Origin: an uncultured Bacilli bacterium
GTDB taxonomy: Bacteria > Bacillota_I > Bacilli_A > RF39 > UBA660
Length of the DNA stretch: 64,000 bases
NCBI GenBank assembly: GCA_944350315.1
Contig: CALVON010000039.1
Coordinates: 48 to 64,047, forward strand
Direction: 5' to 3'
Part shown: positions 40,656-49,155 of the stretch, piece after piece
Layout: the number at the start of each line of letters is the position of its first letter
How positions within the stretch are numbered: the stretch's first letter is position 1
Made by a program: the position numbers and the translations under genes
Notes under the pieces: model-generated
Told to the model about the DNA's origin: nothing
The model's input: the letters and a program-made list of their open reading frames with translations, nothing else
Databases searched by the model: none

Positions 40656-41883
40656 CTAATAAACATTTAATATTTTCTTCGGCATTTACCTCATCGTCAG
40701 CTTCTGTAAGTTTAATAACTTCAGAAATAGAAGTAAATCCAGCCATGACTTTGTATAATCCATCTTGTAGCAAAGTTATGACATCTCCAGCATAAACTAA
40801 ACGTCTAAGTTCAGACTTTGAAACTCTAGCATTAATTGCATCTCTAATATCAGGAGAAATTAATAAAACTTCTTGAAGAGCAATCCTTCCGCGATACCCC
40901 CCAGAGCAATGTGGGCATCCCACTGCATCATATATTTGATTAACATCCATATTCAAAAATCTTTTAAACATTTCTTTCTCATACGTTGTTGTATCTCTTA
41001 CTTTTTTACATTTATCACATAATTTCCTTGCTAGTTTTTGGGATACGATTCCAGATAAAGCTGAAGCCAACAAATAACGCTCAACCTCCATATCAAGCAG
41101 CCTTTCAATAGTAGTAAGAGAATTATTAGTATGTAGTGTAGAAAGTACTAAATGACCAGTAATAGAAGCTCTAACTGCAATTTGTGCTGTTTCACTGTCT
41201 CTAATTTCACCAATCATAATGATGTTAGGGTCCTGCCTCAAAACACTTCTTAAAACTGTTGCAAAATCAAGTCCAATATCACTATTTACCTGGACCTGAT
41301 TGATTCCTTCAATATCCATTTCAACGGGGTCTTCAACAGTAATTAAATTAACACCCTTGACATTAAGTTTTTGTAAAAAAGAATACACTGTCGTTGATTT
41401 ACCACTACCAGTAGCTCCAGTTACCAAAATAATACCATTCGGTTCAGCAATCATTTTTAATATTTTTTTATAATTTTCTTCAGAAAAACATAAATACTCA
41501 ATACCTTTTAAACTTCTAGAATAGTCGAGAATTCTTATAACTATTTTTTCTCCTTTTTTAGTAGGTAGTGAAGAAACACGCATATCTAAATCTAATCCAC
41601 CAAGTTCTGTTTTTATTGCACCATCTTGTGGTAACCTGGTCTCTGTGATATTCATTCCAGATAAAATTTTAATTCTTGTGATAATATTATTCTTTACATC
41701 ATTAGGAATATCCGCATAGTCATTTAAAATACCATCAATTCTGATTCTTACTTTTAGACAATTATCAAAATGATCAAAGTGAATATCACTAGCACCAGAT
41801 CTTGCAGCATCTAAAATAATTCTATTAACAACATCTACCACTGGTGTATTAATAAAGTCGATATTACTATGCATAAATATCAC
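40639..41883 (-). CDS. GspE/PilB/ComGA-family secretion ATPase (short form)
   Basis: Walker A GATGSGKST, Asp box, Walker B IMIGEIRD, His box TGHLVLSTLHTN, tetracysteine CDKC...CPHC. 414 aa. The start could instead be the ATG at 41874. Confidence 0.88.
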   Translation of the reverse strand: MIFMHSNIDFINTPVVDVVNRIILDAARSGASDIHFDHFDNCLKVRIRIDGILNDYADIPNDVKNNIITRIKILSGMNITETRLPQDGAIKTELGGLDLDMRVSSLPTKKGEKIVIRILDYSRSLKGIEYLCFSEENYKKILKMIAEPNGIILVTGATGSGKSTTVYSFLQKLNVKGVNLITVEDPVEMDIEGINQVQVNSDIGLDFATVLRSVLRQDPNIIMIGEIRDSETAQIAVRASITGHLVLSTLHTNNSLTTIERLLDMEVERYLLASALSGIVSQKLARKLCDKCKKVRDTTTYEKEMFKRFLNMDVNQIYDAVGCPHCSGGYRGRIALQEVLLISPDIRDAINARVSKSELRRLVYAGDVITLLQDGLYKVMAGFTSISEVIKLTEADDEVNAEENIKCLLEKKTQ

Positions 41884-42010
41884 ATAACCCTTTCACTCTT
41901 ATTCTTAAATAATTATATAATATATTTTATTTTTTTTCAAGGTTAAAATTCTTTCACTTGTCAAAAAGTAAATTATCAGTTATAATTTATTTAGTAGTAA
42001 GGGTGATAAT

Positions 42011-44971
42011 ATGTTTCTAAAAGAAATACAAACCTATGGATTTAAATCTTTTGCCGATAAAATGAATTTTGAATTTACCAATAATATTAATGGTATAGTA
42101 GGACCAAATGGATCAGGAAAAAGCAATGTTGTCGATGCCGTTAGATGGGTACTTGGAGAACAATCTAATAAATCATTAAGAACAACAGACAGTGTATCTG
42201 TTATTTTTTCTGGTAGTAAAAGTCGTAAACCATTAAATAGTGCTATGGTAAATATCATTTTTGATAACACCGATAGACATTTACCAATAGACTTTAATGA
42301 AGTGTCAATTAAAAGAATATTATATAGAACAGGGGAAAATGAATATTATTTAAATGGTGAAAAATGTCGTTTAAAAGATATCAGTGAATTATTGACAGAC
42401 AGTGGAACAGCCAGAGAAAGCTTTAATATTATTGGTCAAGGAAAAATAGATGAAATTTTATCTACCAAACCATACGATAGAAGAGTTATCTTTGAAGAAG
42501 CCGCTGGAGTCTTAAAATACAAAAAAAGAAAAGAAGAAGCAATTAGAAAGTTAGAAAGAACTAATAACAATATCAACCGCGTAAATGACATTATAAATGA
42601 ACTAGAAACAAATTTAAAACCCTTAGAAATTCAAAGTAAAAATGCCAAAGAATATCTTGAATATAAAGAAAAATTAACCAACTATGACATATCACTAATG
42701 ATATACGATGTTGATAATTTATCTAATGAATATAAACTATGTAAAGAAAAGATAAATAATTTAAATGATCGTATAAGTGAACTAAATAAAAATAACTCTA
42801 GTTACGATATTACTATTTTAAACTATAAAGATAAATTAACAAAAATAGAATCTAGTTTAACAACTAACAATAATTTAGTTCTAGATCTAACTAAAAAATT
42901 AGAACAATCAGATGCCGATATAAGATTATTAAAAGAAAGAAGTAAGTATCTTAATAATGATATTAACATTGAAAAAATAAACACCCTAAAAGAAAATATT
43001 TTATCTACTAAAAATGAAATTAACAATCTAAAGTTAGATATTGAAACCAAAAAAAATATGATTGATACTTGTAATCAAGAAATTATTAATCTAGAAAATA
43101 AATATCATGATATTAAAAACAAAATGAATAATCTTGATCAAGCAATTAATAATAATAAAAGAGAAATTACCGAAATAAAATATCAAGTTAATTTTTTAGA
43201 AGAAACAATTAATAATGGAGGAAATCTTCCTAAATCAGTTCGCAGCTTATTACATAACCCATTATTTAGTGGTATTCACGGAACAATTAGTAACTTAATT
43301 GATACTGAAGATAAATATTCTTTAGCAGTATCCACATCAATGGGACAAGCAGCAAATTATTTAGTAGTAGATGATCGTAAATTAGCAACAAAAATAATTG
43401 AATACTTGAAAAATAATAAATTAGGAAGAGCCACTTTTTTTCCATTAGATGTTATAAGGCCAAGATATATAGAACAAGAAACAATAAACAAACTAGATTT
43501 ATGTGATGGATATATAAGTACTTTAGATAAAGTATTAAATTATAACTCTAAATATAAAAATATTATTCTAAATCAATTCGGAAACGTTATTTTAGTAGAT
43601 ACCATTGAGAATGCCAATAAAATAAGTAATATAATTAACAATAAATATAAAATTATTACCCTAGATGGTCAAATAGTTAATGTAGGAGGATCAATTACCG
43701 GAGGAGAAAAAATTAAATCAAACGATATAATTCATCAAAAATATGAATTATCAGAATACAATCACAAAATAGAACTACTAACTATTAAGAATGATAATTT
43801 ACTCAAAGAATATAATGATTTGACCCAAGAATTAAAACAATATGAAGATAAAATTCATTCTCAAAATATTGATAAATTAAATTATCAAGATATAATAAAC
43901 ACTGAAAGTATAAATTTAACAAAAAAAATAAATAACCTTCAAATATTAGAAAAAGAATTATCTGATATAGAAACAATAACTAAAAATAATACTGATAGTG
44001 AAGAAGAAAAACTTCTTAATAATTATTATAAAATAAAAGAACAACTGGATATAATAAATAAAGATATTCAGACACTGAAAATAGATAAAGAAAAAATAAA
44101 CAATGAATTAAAAGAAACAGAAAATACTAGTAAAAATAGTCTTCAATTTATTAATAAATTAGAAAAAGAATTAAAAGATGAAGAATTAAAAAGTAGTCGC
44201 CTAGAAATACATATAGATAATATTTTAAATAGTTTAAATGAAGATTATAGTATAACCTATAATGAAGCTAAAAATAAATATATTTTAGAAAATGATTCAG
44301 AAGAAATAAGAAAAGAAGTTCAAAATTTAAAAAGCAAACTTAAAGATTTTGATACCGTAAATATTGGCGCAATAGATGAATATGAGCGTGTTAATTCTAG
44401 ATATGAATTTCTAAATAAACAAAAAGATGATTTAAATAAAGCCGAAAATACACTTTTAAAAATAATTGATGATATGGATAATATAATGAAAGAAAAATTT
44501 GTAACTACTTTTAATGAGATAAGAAAAGAATTTAAAGAAGTTTTTAGAGAATTATTTAAAGGTGGAAATGCTGATATATATATGACTGATCCAGATAATG
44601 TTTTAGAAACAGGTATTGAATTAGAAGCAACACCCCCTGGCAAAAATCTTAAAAATATCCAGTCTTTATCAGGAGGAGAGAAAACATTCACCGCAATTTC
44701 ATTATTATTTGCTATTTTAAATGTAAGACCAGTTCCTTTTTGTATATTTGATGAAGTCGAAGCCGCTTTAGATGATGCTAATGTTGATGCTTTTGGTGAA
44801 TATCTCGATAAATATCGTAATAAGACACAATTTATTATCATTACCCATAAGAAAAAGACGATGGAATTTATCGATACCTTGTACGGAATAACAATGCAAG
44901 AATCTGGCGTATCTAAAAAAGTATCTGTAAAATTAAATGACATAAATAAAACTAATAAAGACCAGACATAG
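42011..44971 (+). CDS. smc: chromosome segregation protein SMC (short-armed, 986 aa)
   Basis: FKSFADK...GPNGSGKSN head, a hinge around aa 405-570, and C-terminal LSGGEKT...FCIFDEVEAALD. Confidence 0.93.
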   Translation: MFLKEIQTYGFKSFADKMNFEFTNNINGIVGPNGSGKSNVVDAVRWVLGEQSNKSLRTTDSVSVIFSGSKSRKPLNSAMVNIIFDNTDRHLPIDFNEVSIKRILYRTGENEYYLNGEKCRLKDISELLTDSGTARESFNIIGQGKIDEILSTKPYDRRVIFEEAAGVLKYKKRKEEAIRKLERTNNNINRVNDIINELETNLKPLEIQSKNAKEYLEYKEKLTNYDISLMIYDVDNLSNEYKLCKEKINNLNDRISELNKNNSSYDITILNYKDKLTKIESSLTTNNNLVLDLTKKLEQSDADIRLLKERSKYLNNDINIEKINTLKENILSTKNEINNLKLDIETKKNMIDTCNQEIINLENKYHDIKNKMNNLDQAINNNKREITEIKYQVNFLEETINNGGNLPKSVRSLLHNPLFSGIHGTISNLIDTEDKYSLAVSTSMGQAANYLVVDDRKLATKIIEYLKNNKLGRATFFPLDVIRPRYIEQETINKLDLCDGYISTLDKVLNYNSKYKNIILNQFGNVILVDTIENANKISNIINNKYKIITLDGQIVNVGGSITGGEKIKSNDIIHQKYELSEYNHKIELLTIKNDNLLKEYNDLTQELKQYEDKIHSQNIDKLNYQDIINTESINLTKKINNLQILEKELSDIETITKNNTDSEEEKLLNNYYKIKEQLDIINKDIQTLKIDKEKINNELKETENTSKNSLQFINKLEKELKDEELKSSRLEIHIDNILNSLNEDYSITYNEAKNKYILENDSEEIRKEVQNLKSKLKDFDTVNIGAIDEYERVNSRYEFLNKQKDDLNKAENTLLKIIDDMDNIMKEKFVTTFNEIRKEFKEVFRELFKGGNADIYMTDPDNVLETGIELEATPPGKNLKNIQSLSGGEKTFTAISLLFAILNVRPVPFCIFDEVEAALDDANVDAFGEYLDKYRNKTQFIIITHKKKTMEFIDTLYGITMQESGVSKKVSVKLNDINKTNKDQT

Positions 44972-44979
44972 GATAAATA

Positions 44980-45486
44980 ATGAATTATATTGACTTTGAT
45001 AATGTTATTTTAGATACTTATTTACCAATATTTAAAGACTATCACGATAAAAGTAAAATAGGTACTTTTATTGATGACGCAAATTATGTTATGCAAAAAG
45101 ACTGGGCACAAATCTTAAGAGAAAGTCCTATCATTAATGATGGAATTGAAATTATTAAAACACTAGATATAGCGCAAAATTGTATTTTAACTAAAATTCA
45201 CTCACTTACAAATGAGGGAAGTAGTAAAATAATCTTCTTAAGAGAAAAAGGCATTGAATGTCCTATTATTTTAGTACCATATAATGTTTCTAAAACGGAT
45301 GTTGTCAATGCCAAGGACAATGTTTTAGTAGATGATAATCTCCTTAACTTAAATGAATGGTATCAAACAGGGGGTATTCCCATTTTCTTTAGTAAAGATG
45401 ATTTAGATGTAGATGCTTATGGAAGAAAAAATGCTATATATTCAAAAACAAGAACCTTAAAGATATTAAGACAATACCAAAAATGA
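44980..45486 (+). CDS. HAD-like hydrolase / nucleotidase-like protein (uncertain)
   Basis: N-terminal DFDNVILDT resembles HAD motif I. 168 aa. Confidence 0.4.
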   Translation: MNYIDFDNVILDTYLPIFKDYHDKSKIGTFIDDANYVMQKDWAQILRESPIINDGIEIIKTLDIAQNCILTKIHSLTNEGSSKIIFLREKGIECPIILVPYNVSKTDVVNAKDNVLVDDNLLNLNEWYQTGGIPIFFSKDDLDVDAYGRKNAIYSKTRTLKILRQYQK

Positions 45487-45520
45487 AATCTTATCTTTTA
45501 GACAAATAGATAAGATTTTT
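45486..45520 (+). terminator. probable terminator
   Basis: AAATCTTATC-(13 nt)-GATAAGATTT, then TT. Confidence 0.45.
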
Positions 45521-45595
45521 ATCTGTCAAATAAATAAAAAATATTGTTTGACATAAACAAATTTGCTATAATAAGTTAGAAAGTAGGTGTATGAA

Positions 45596-47563
45596 ATGAA
45601 AAAAATGTCATATTTTGTCTTATTACTATTATCATTTATTTGTTTTTCTAATCATACATTTGCTATTAGTATTATTGAAGTTAATGGTTATGATGTTAGA
45701 TTTAGAAGCTCACCAAGTACTAATAGTACTATATATAATTCTTTTAATATAGGTGAAAAATTAACATACCTTGCTACATCTTCTAGTGGTAATGGCTGTA
45801 GCGGACCATGGTATAAAGCACAATATGCTAGCACAGTAGGATATATTTGCAGTGACTATGCTATATTAAAAGAAATAGATTCTTCAGAATATGAAGACTA
45901 TCAAGAATATTTAAAAGATTTAGGTTTTCCTGATACTTATATTCCATATTTAACAACTTTACATACAATTCACCCTAATTGGCAATTTCAAATTATGAAT
46001 GTTGATATAACATTTAACAATATGGTTAATATTGAATATGATGGCCATTCCCAAGGATGGAGTCTAATTGAAGATACTGGAAGTTATTATGACGGATATA
46101 AGTCTACCGATAGTTGGGCTTACAACTATCTTACTAATGTCTTTAGAAACAATTATATTGGTGGTGGAACAAACTGGTATGCCGCTAACAAACAAGTAAT
46201 AAGTTATTATCTAGACCCAAGAAATTTCTTAAATGAAAAACAGATATTTATGTTTGAAACACAAACCTTTAATTCTGCATATCACACAAAAGATGGAGTA
46301 GAGTTAGCCTTAAAAGGAACATTTATGGAGAGTAAACTTGCCGATGAAGAAAATAATTTTACATATGCAGATGCCTTTATTGAAGCAGGAGTAGAACACG
46401 GAATAAGTCCATACTTATTAATATCAAGAGTAATTCAAGAAGTCGGAGCCCAAGGTAGTACTATCGTAAGTGGAACTGTCGCTGGATATGAAGGATATTA
46501 TAATTTTTACAATATAAATGCTTATGGAAATACAAATACGGAAACAATTACTAACGGATTAAAATATGCTAAAAGTCAAGATTGGTCAACCCCATATAAA
46601 GCAATTGTTGGTGGAGCAGAATTCTTGCAAAACGGCTATCTTGATCAAGGACAAAATACACTATACTTGCAAAAATGGGATTTATTTGGTCCAAATTATG
46701 GAAATCATCAATATATGCAAAATATTCAAGCACCATCAACTGAATCTATAAAAACATATAATGCATATAAAAATGTTAATTTAATAGATAGTAGTTTTAC
46801 CTTTGTTATTCCCGTATTTAAAGAAATGCCTGAAAAAACAACACTACCAAGTAAAGGAAACCCTAATAATTATTTATCAAGTTTATCAGTAAATGGTAGC
46901 TACTTATTCGAAAGTGCCACTCATGAAACAACATTTAATCTAAATTTAGATACTACTTCTTCATCAATTGACATTGCTGCTACTAAAGTATCCAATAAAT
47001 CAACTATAAGTGGTACAGGAAGTGTAGCATTAAAAGGAAATGAACAAACAATCTCAATTTTAGTAACTGCTGAAAATGGCGATACTAGAACATATAAAAT
47101 AAATATAACGAGGTCTACCAGCATATCTTTAGATATAAGCGAGATATTAAGAGTACTAAATATAAAAAATGATGGTACATATATTTATGGTTATGAACTT
47201 GGAACAAAGATTGAAAGTATAATGAAAAGTATCTCCGACAAAGAACCACAAGCTACCGTGACTGCCTTTAATAAAGATGGCAAAGAAAAAAGTAGTGGAA
47301 TAATTGCTTCTGGAGATATTATAAACATTAAAACTGACCGTGAAGAAAAAAATTATACAATCTTGATTTATGGTGACGTCAATGGTGATGGTAAAATTAC
47401 CGCATCTGATTACATGACAATAAAAAATCATATTATGGATATCAAAAAATTATCAGATCAAGAAAAGTTATATGCTGATGCAAACAAAGATGGTAAAGTT
47501 ACCGCATCTGACTATATGACAATAAAAAACCATATTATGGATATAAAAAAAATAACTCAATAA
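45596..47563 (+). CDS. secreted SH3b - GH73 N-acetylglucosaminidase - cadherin-like - dockerin protein
   Basis: Signal peptide, SH3b (VRFRSSPSTNSTIY...GPWYKAQ...GYICSDY), GH73 core (FIEAGVEHGISPYLLISRVIQEVG), a cadherin-like beta-sandwich (NYLSSLSVNG...TYKINITR) and two dockerin EF-hand repeats (DVNGDGKITASD, DANKDGKVTASD). Confidence 0.8.
   Translation: MKKMSYFVLLLLSFICFSNHTFAISIIEVNGYDVRFRSSPSTNSTIYNSFNIGEKLTYLATSSSGNGCSGPWYKAQYASTVGYICSDYAILKEIDSSEYEDYQEYLKDLGFPDTYIPYLTTLHTIHPNWQFQIMNVDITFNNMVNIEYDGHSQGWSLIEDTGSYYDGYKSTDSWAYNYLTNVFRNNYIGGGTNWYAANKQVISYYLDPRNFLNEKQIFMFETQTFNSAYHTKDGVELALKGTFMESKLADEENNFTYADAFIEAGVEHGISPYLLISRVIQEVGAQGSTIVSGTVAGYEGYYNFYNINAYGNTNTETITNGLKYAKSQDWSTPYKAIVGGAEFLQNGYLDQGQNTLYLQKWDLFGPNYGNHQYMQNIQAPSTESIKTYNAYKNVNLIDSSFTFVIPVFKEMPEKTTLPSKGNPNNYLSSLSVNGSYLFESATHETTFNLNLDTTSSSIDIAATKVSNKSTISGTGSVALKGNEQTISILVTAENGDTRTYKINITRSTSISLDISEILRVLNIKNDGTYIYGYELGTKIESIMKSISDKEPQATVTAFNKDGKEKSSGIIASGDIINIKTDREEKNYTILIYGDVNGDGKITASDYMTIKNHIMDIKKLSDQEKLYADANKDGKVTASDYMTIKNHIMDIKKITQ
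47390..47551 (+). repeat. two 60-nt near-identical segments encoding the dockerin repeat pair
   Basis: 47390-47449 and 47492-47551 differ at 5 of 60 nt (GKI/VTASDYMTIKNHIMDIKK). Confidence 0.85.
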
Positions 47564-47579
47564 TTAAGGAGTGAAATAA

Positions 47580-49022
47580 ATGAAATACTTAAAAAAAATT
47601 AGTAGATATTTATTATTAACAATAATTGTTTCAACTTTATATATAAATAATGTATTAGCATATGGATACGATATATCCGTAACTAGTAGTACCGTAACTG
47701 TTGGTAATAATGTAACTTTAAAAATACAAGGAAGTCAAATTGCTGGTCGTTTCAATATAACCTCATCAAATACAGGTGTTGCCAGCTTATCAACAAGTAG
47801 TGTTTGGGTCGAAAATGATACCCAATCAATAACTATAAATGCTAAAAAAGTTGGTAAAGCTACTATTACAATTACTCCTAATGATATTACTACAACAGAT
47901 ACTAACCCTAAAGATGTCAGCTTAAATGCCAAAACGATTACCATAACCGTTAAAGCAAAACCAACAAGTGGTGGCGGTAGTAGTTCAGGAGGTAATAGCC
48001 AATCAACGACTCCAACAAAATCTACTAACAGTTATTTATCAAGTATCACAGTTGATGGTTTTGAATTAAATGAAGAGTTTGATAAAGAAAGTTTAGAATA
48101 TACTTTAACTGTTCCATACGATACTGAAAAAATTAAAATTAATGCCCAATTAGAAGATTCAAATGCTAAAGTAACTGGAGTAGGTGAGGTTAACGTATCG
48201 ACCGGTTTAAATACTTTTGAAATCATCGTAACTGCCGAAAACGGTAGTAAAAGAACATATAGTCTCAAAGTAACAGTTGAAGAAGAAGATCCTATCGAAG
48301 TAAAAATAGATAACGAAACACTAACAGTCATTAGGAAAAGAAAAGATTTACCTAAGATTAGTGAATATTTTGAAGAAAAAGATATTACTATTGATAATAA
48401 AAATGTTGAAGGTTATTATAATGATACTTTAAAATACACCGTCGTAGGATTAAAAAATTCTCTTGGAGAAATAAATTACTATATATATGACTCTGGAAAA
48501 TATACCAAATATGAAGAATATACCTTTAACGGAACAACATTACAAGTATTAGATAAAGCAGTTTCTGGAGCTAAAAAAACTAGCTTCGTATATGACAGTA
48601 GCAAAATAACAAGCTATCAAGAAGTAAAATTAGATGTCTTAAAAAATACTTATGCCCTTGATAATAATGATATTGGTGGCAATCAATTTTACTTATTTTA
48701 TGCTATAAACATAGAAACAGGAAAAGAATCACTTTATCAATATGATGCTAGTGAAAAAACAGTTCAAAGATATAATACTCTAGTCTTAGATATGTATAAA
48801 GATAGAAGTGATAAATATTACTTATGTTTACTAGGAAGTTTACTTCTACTTGGAATTGTCATTCTTACTTTCAGTATAACTATGATACATAAGAAAAAAC
48901 AAAGTAAAAAGAAAATTAACTTAGTAAAAGAAAAACCATCTAAAAAAGTAATTGATGAAGAACAAGAAAAGTTTTCCTTCGATGATTTACCAATAAAAAA
49001 TAAAACCAAAAGACAAGACTAA
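47580..49022 (+). CDS. surface protein: Big_2-like, S/G linker, cadherin-like domain, unknown domain, C-terminal TM anchor
   Basis: Signal peptide, TVTVGNNVTLKI...VGKATITITP, SGGGSSSGG linker, NSYLSSITVDG...RTYSLKVTV, TM YYLCLLGSLLLLGIVILTFSITMI and a basic tail. Confidence 0.7.
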   Translation: MKYLKKISRYLLLTIIVSTLYINNVLAYGYDISVTSSTVTVGNNVTLKIQGSQIAGRFNITSSNTGVASLSTSSVWVENDTQSITINAKKVGKATITITPNDITTTDTNPKDVSLNAKTITITVKAKPTSGGGSSSGGNSQSTTPTKSTNSYLSSITVDGFELNEEFDKESLEYTLTVPYDTEKIKINAQLEDSNAKVTGVGEVNVSTGLNTFEIIVTAENGSKRTYSLKVTVEEEDPIEVKIDNETLTVIRKRKDLPKISEYFEEKDITIDNKNVEGYYNDTLKYTVVGLKNSLGEINYYIYDSGKYTKYEEYTFNGTTLQVLDKAVSGAKKTSFVYDSSKITSYQEVKLDVLKNTYALDNNDIGGNQFYLFYAINIETGKESLYQYDASEKTVQRYNTLVLDMYKDRSDKYYLCLLGSLLLLGIVILTFSITMIHKKKQSKKKINLVKEKPSKKVIDEEQEKFSFDDLPIKNKTKRQD

Positions 49023-49155
49023 TTTACACATAAAATCTCTTAAATTTATTTGAGAGGTTTTTATAATGCTCAATATAAATTTAATATCTATACTTGTATA
49101 ATTTATAAAAATATGATATTATATCACCCAACTAAACATTTAAAGGGGATATATT

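Noticed and set aside
44320-44943. 207-aa minus-strand ORF antisense to the smc C-terminal head region
   Set aside because: The smc reading frame carries the conserved LSGGEKT and DEVEAALD motifs. The antisense translation is low-complexity and has no start context.
46566-46751. 61-aa plus-strand ORF in an alternative frame inside the GH73 gene
   Set aside because: It is nested within a continuous 650-aa domain-bearing ORF. It has no RBS and no recognisable features.
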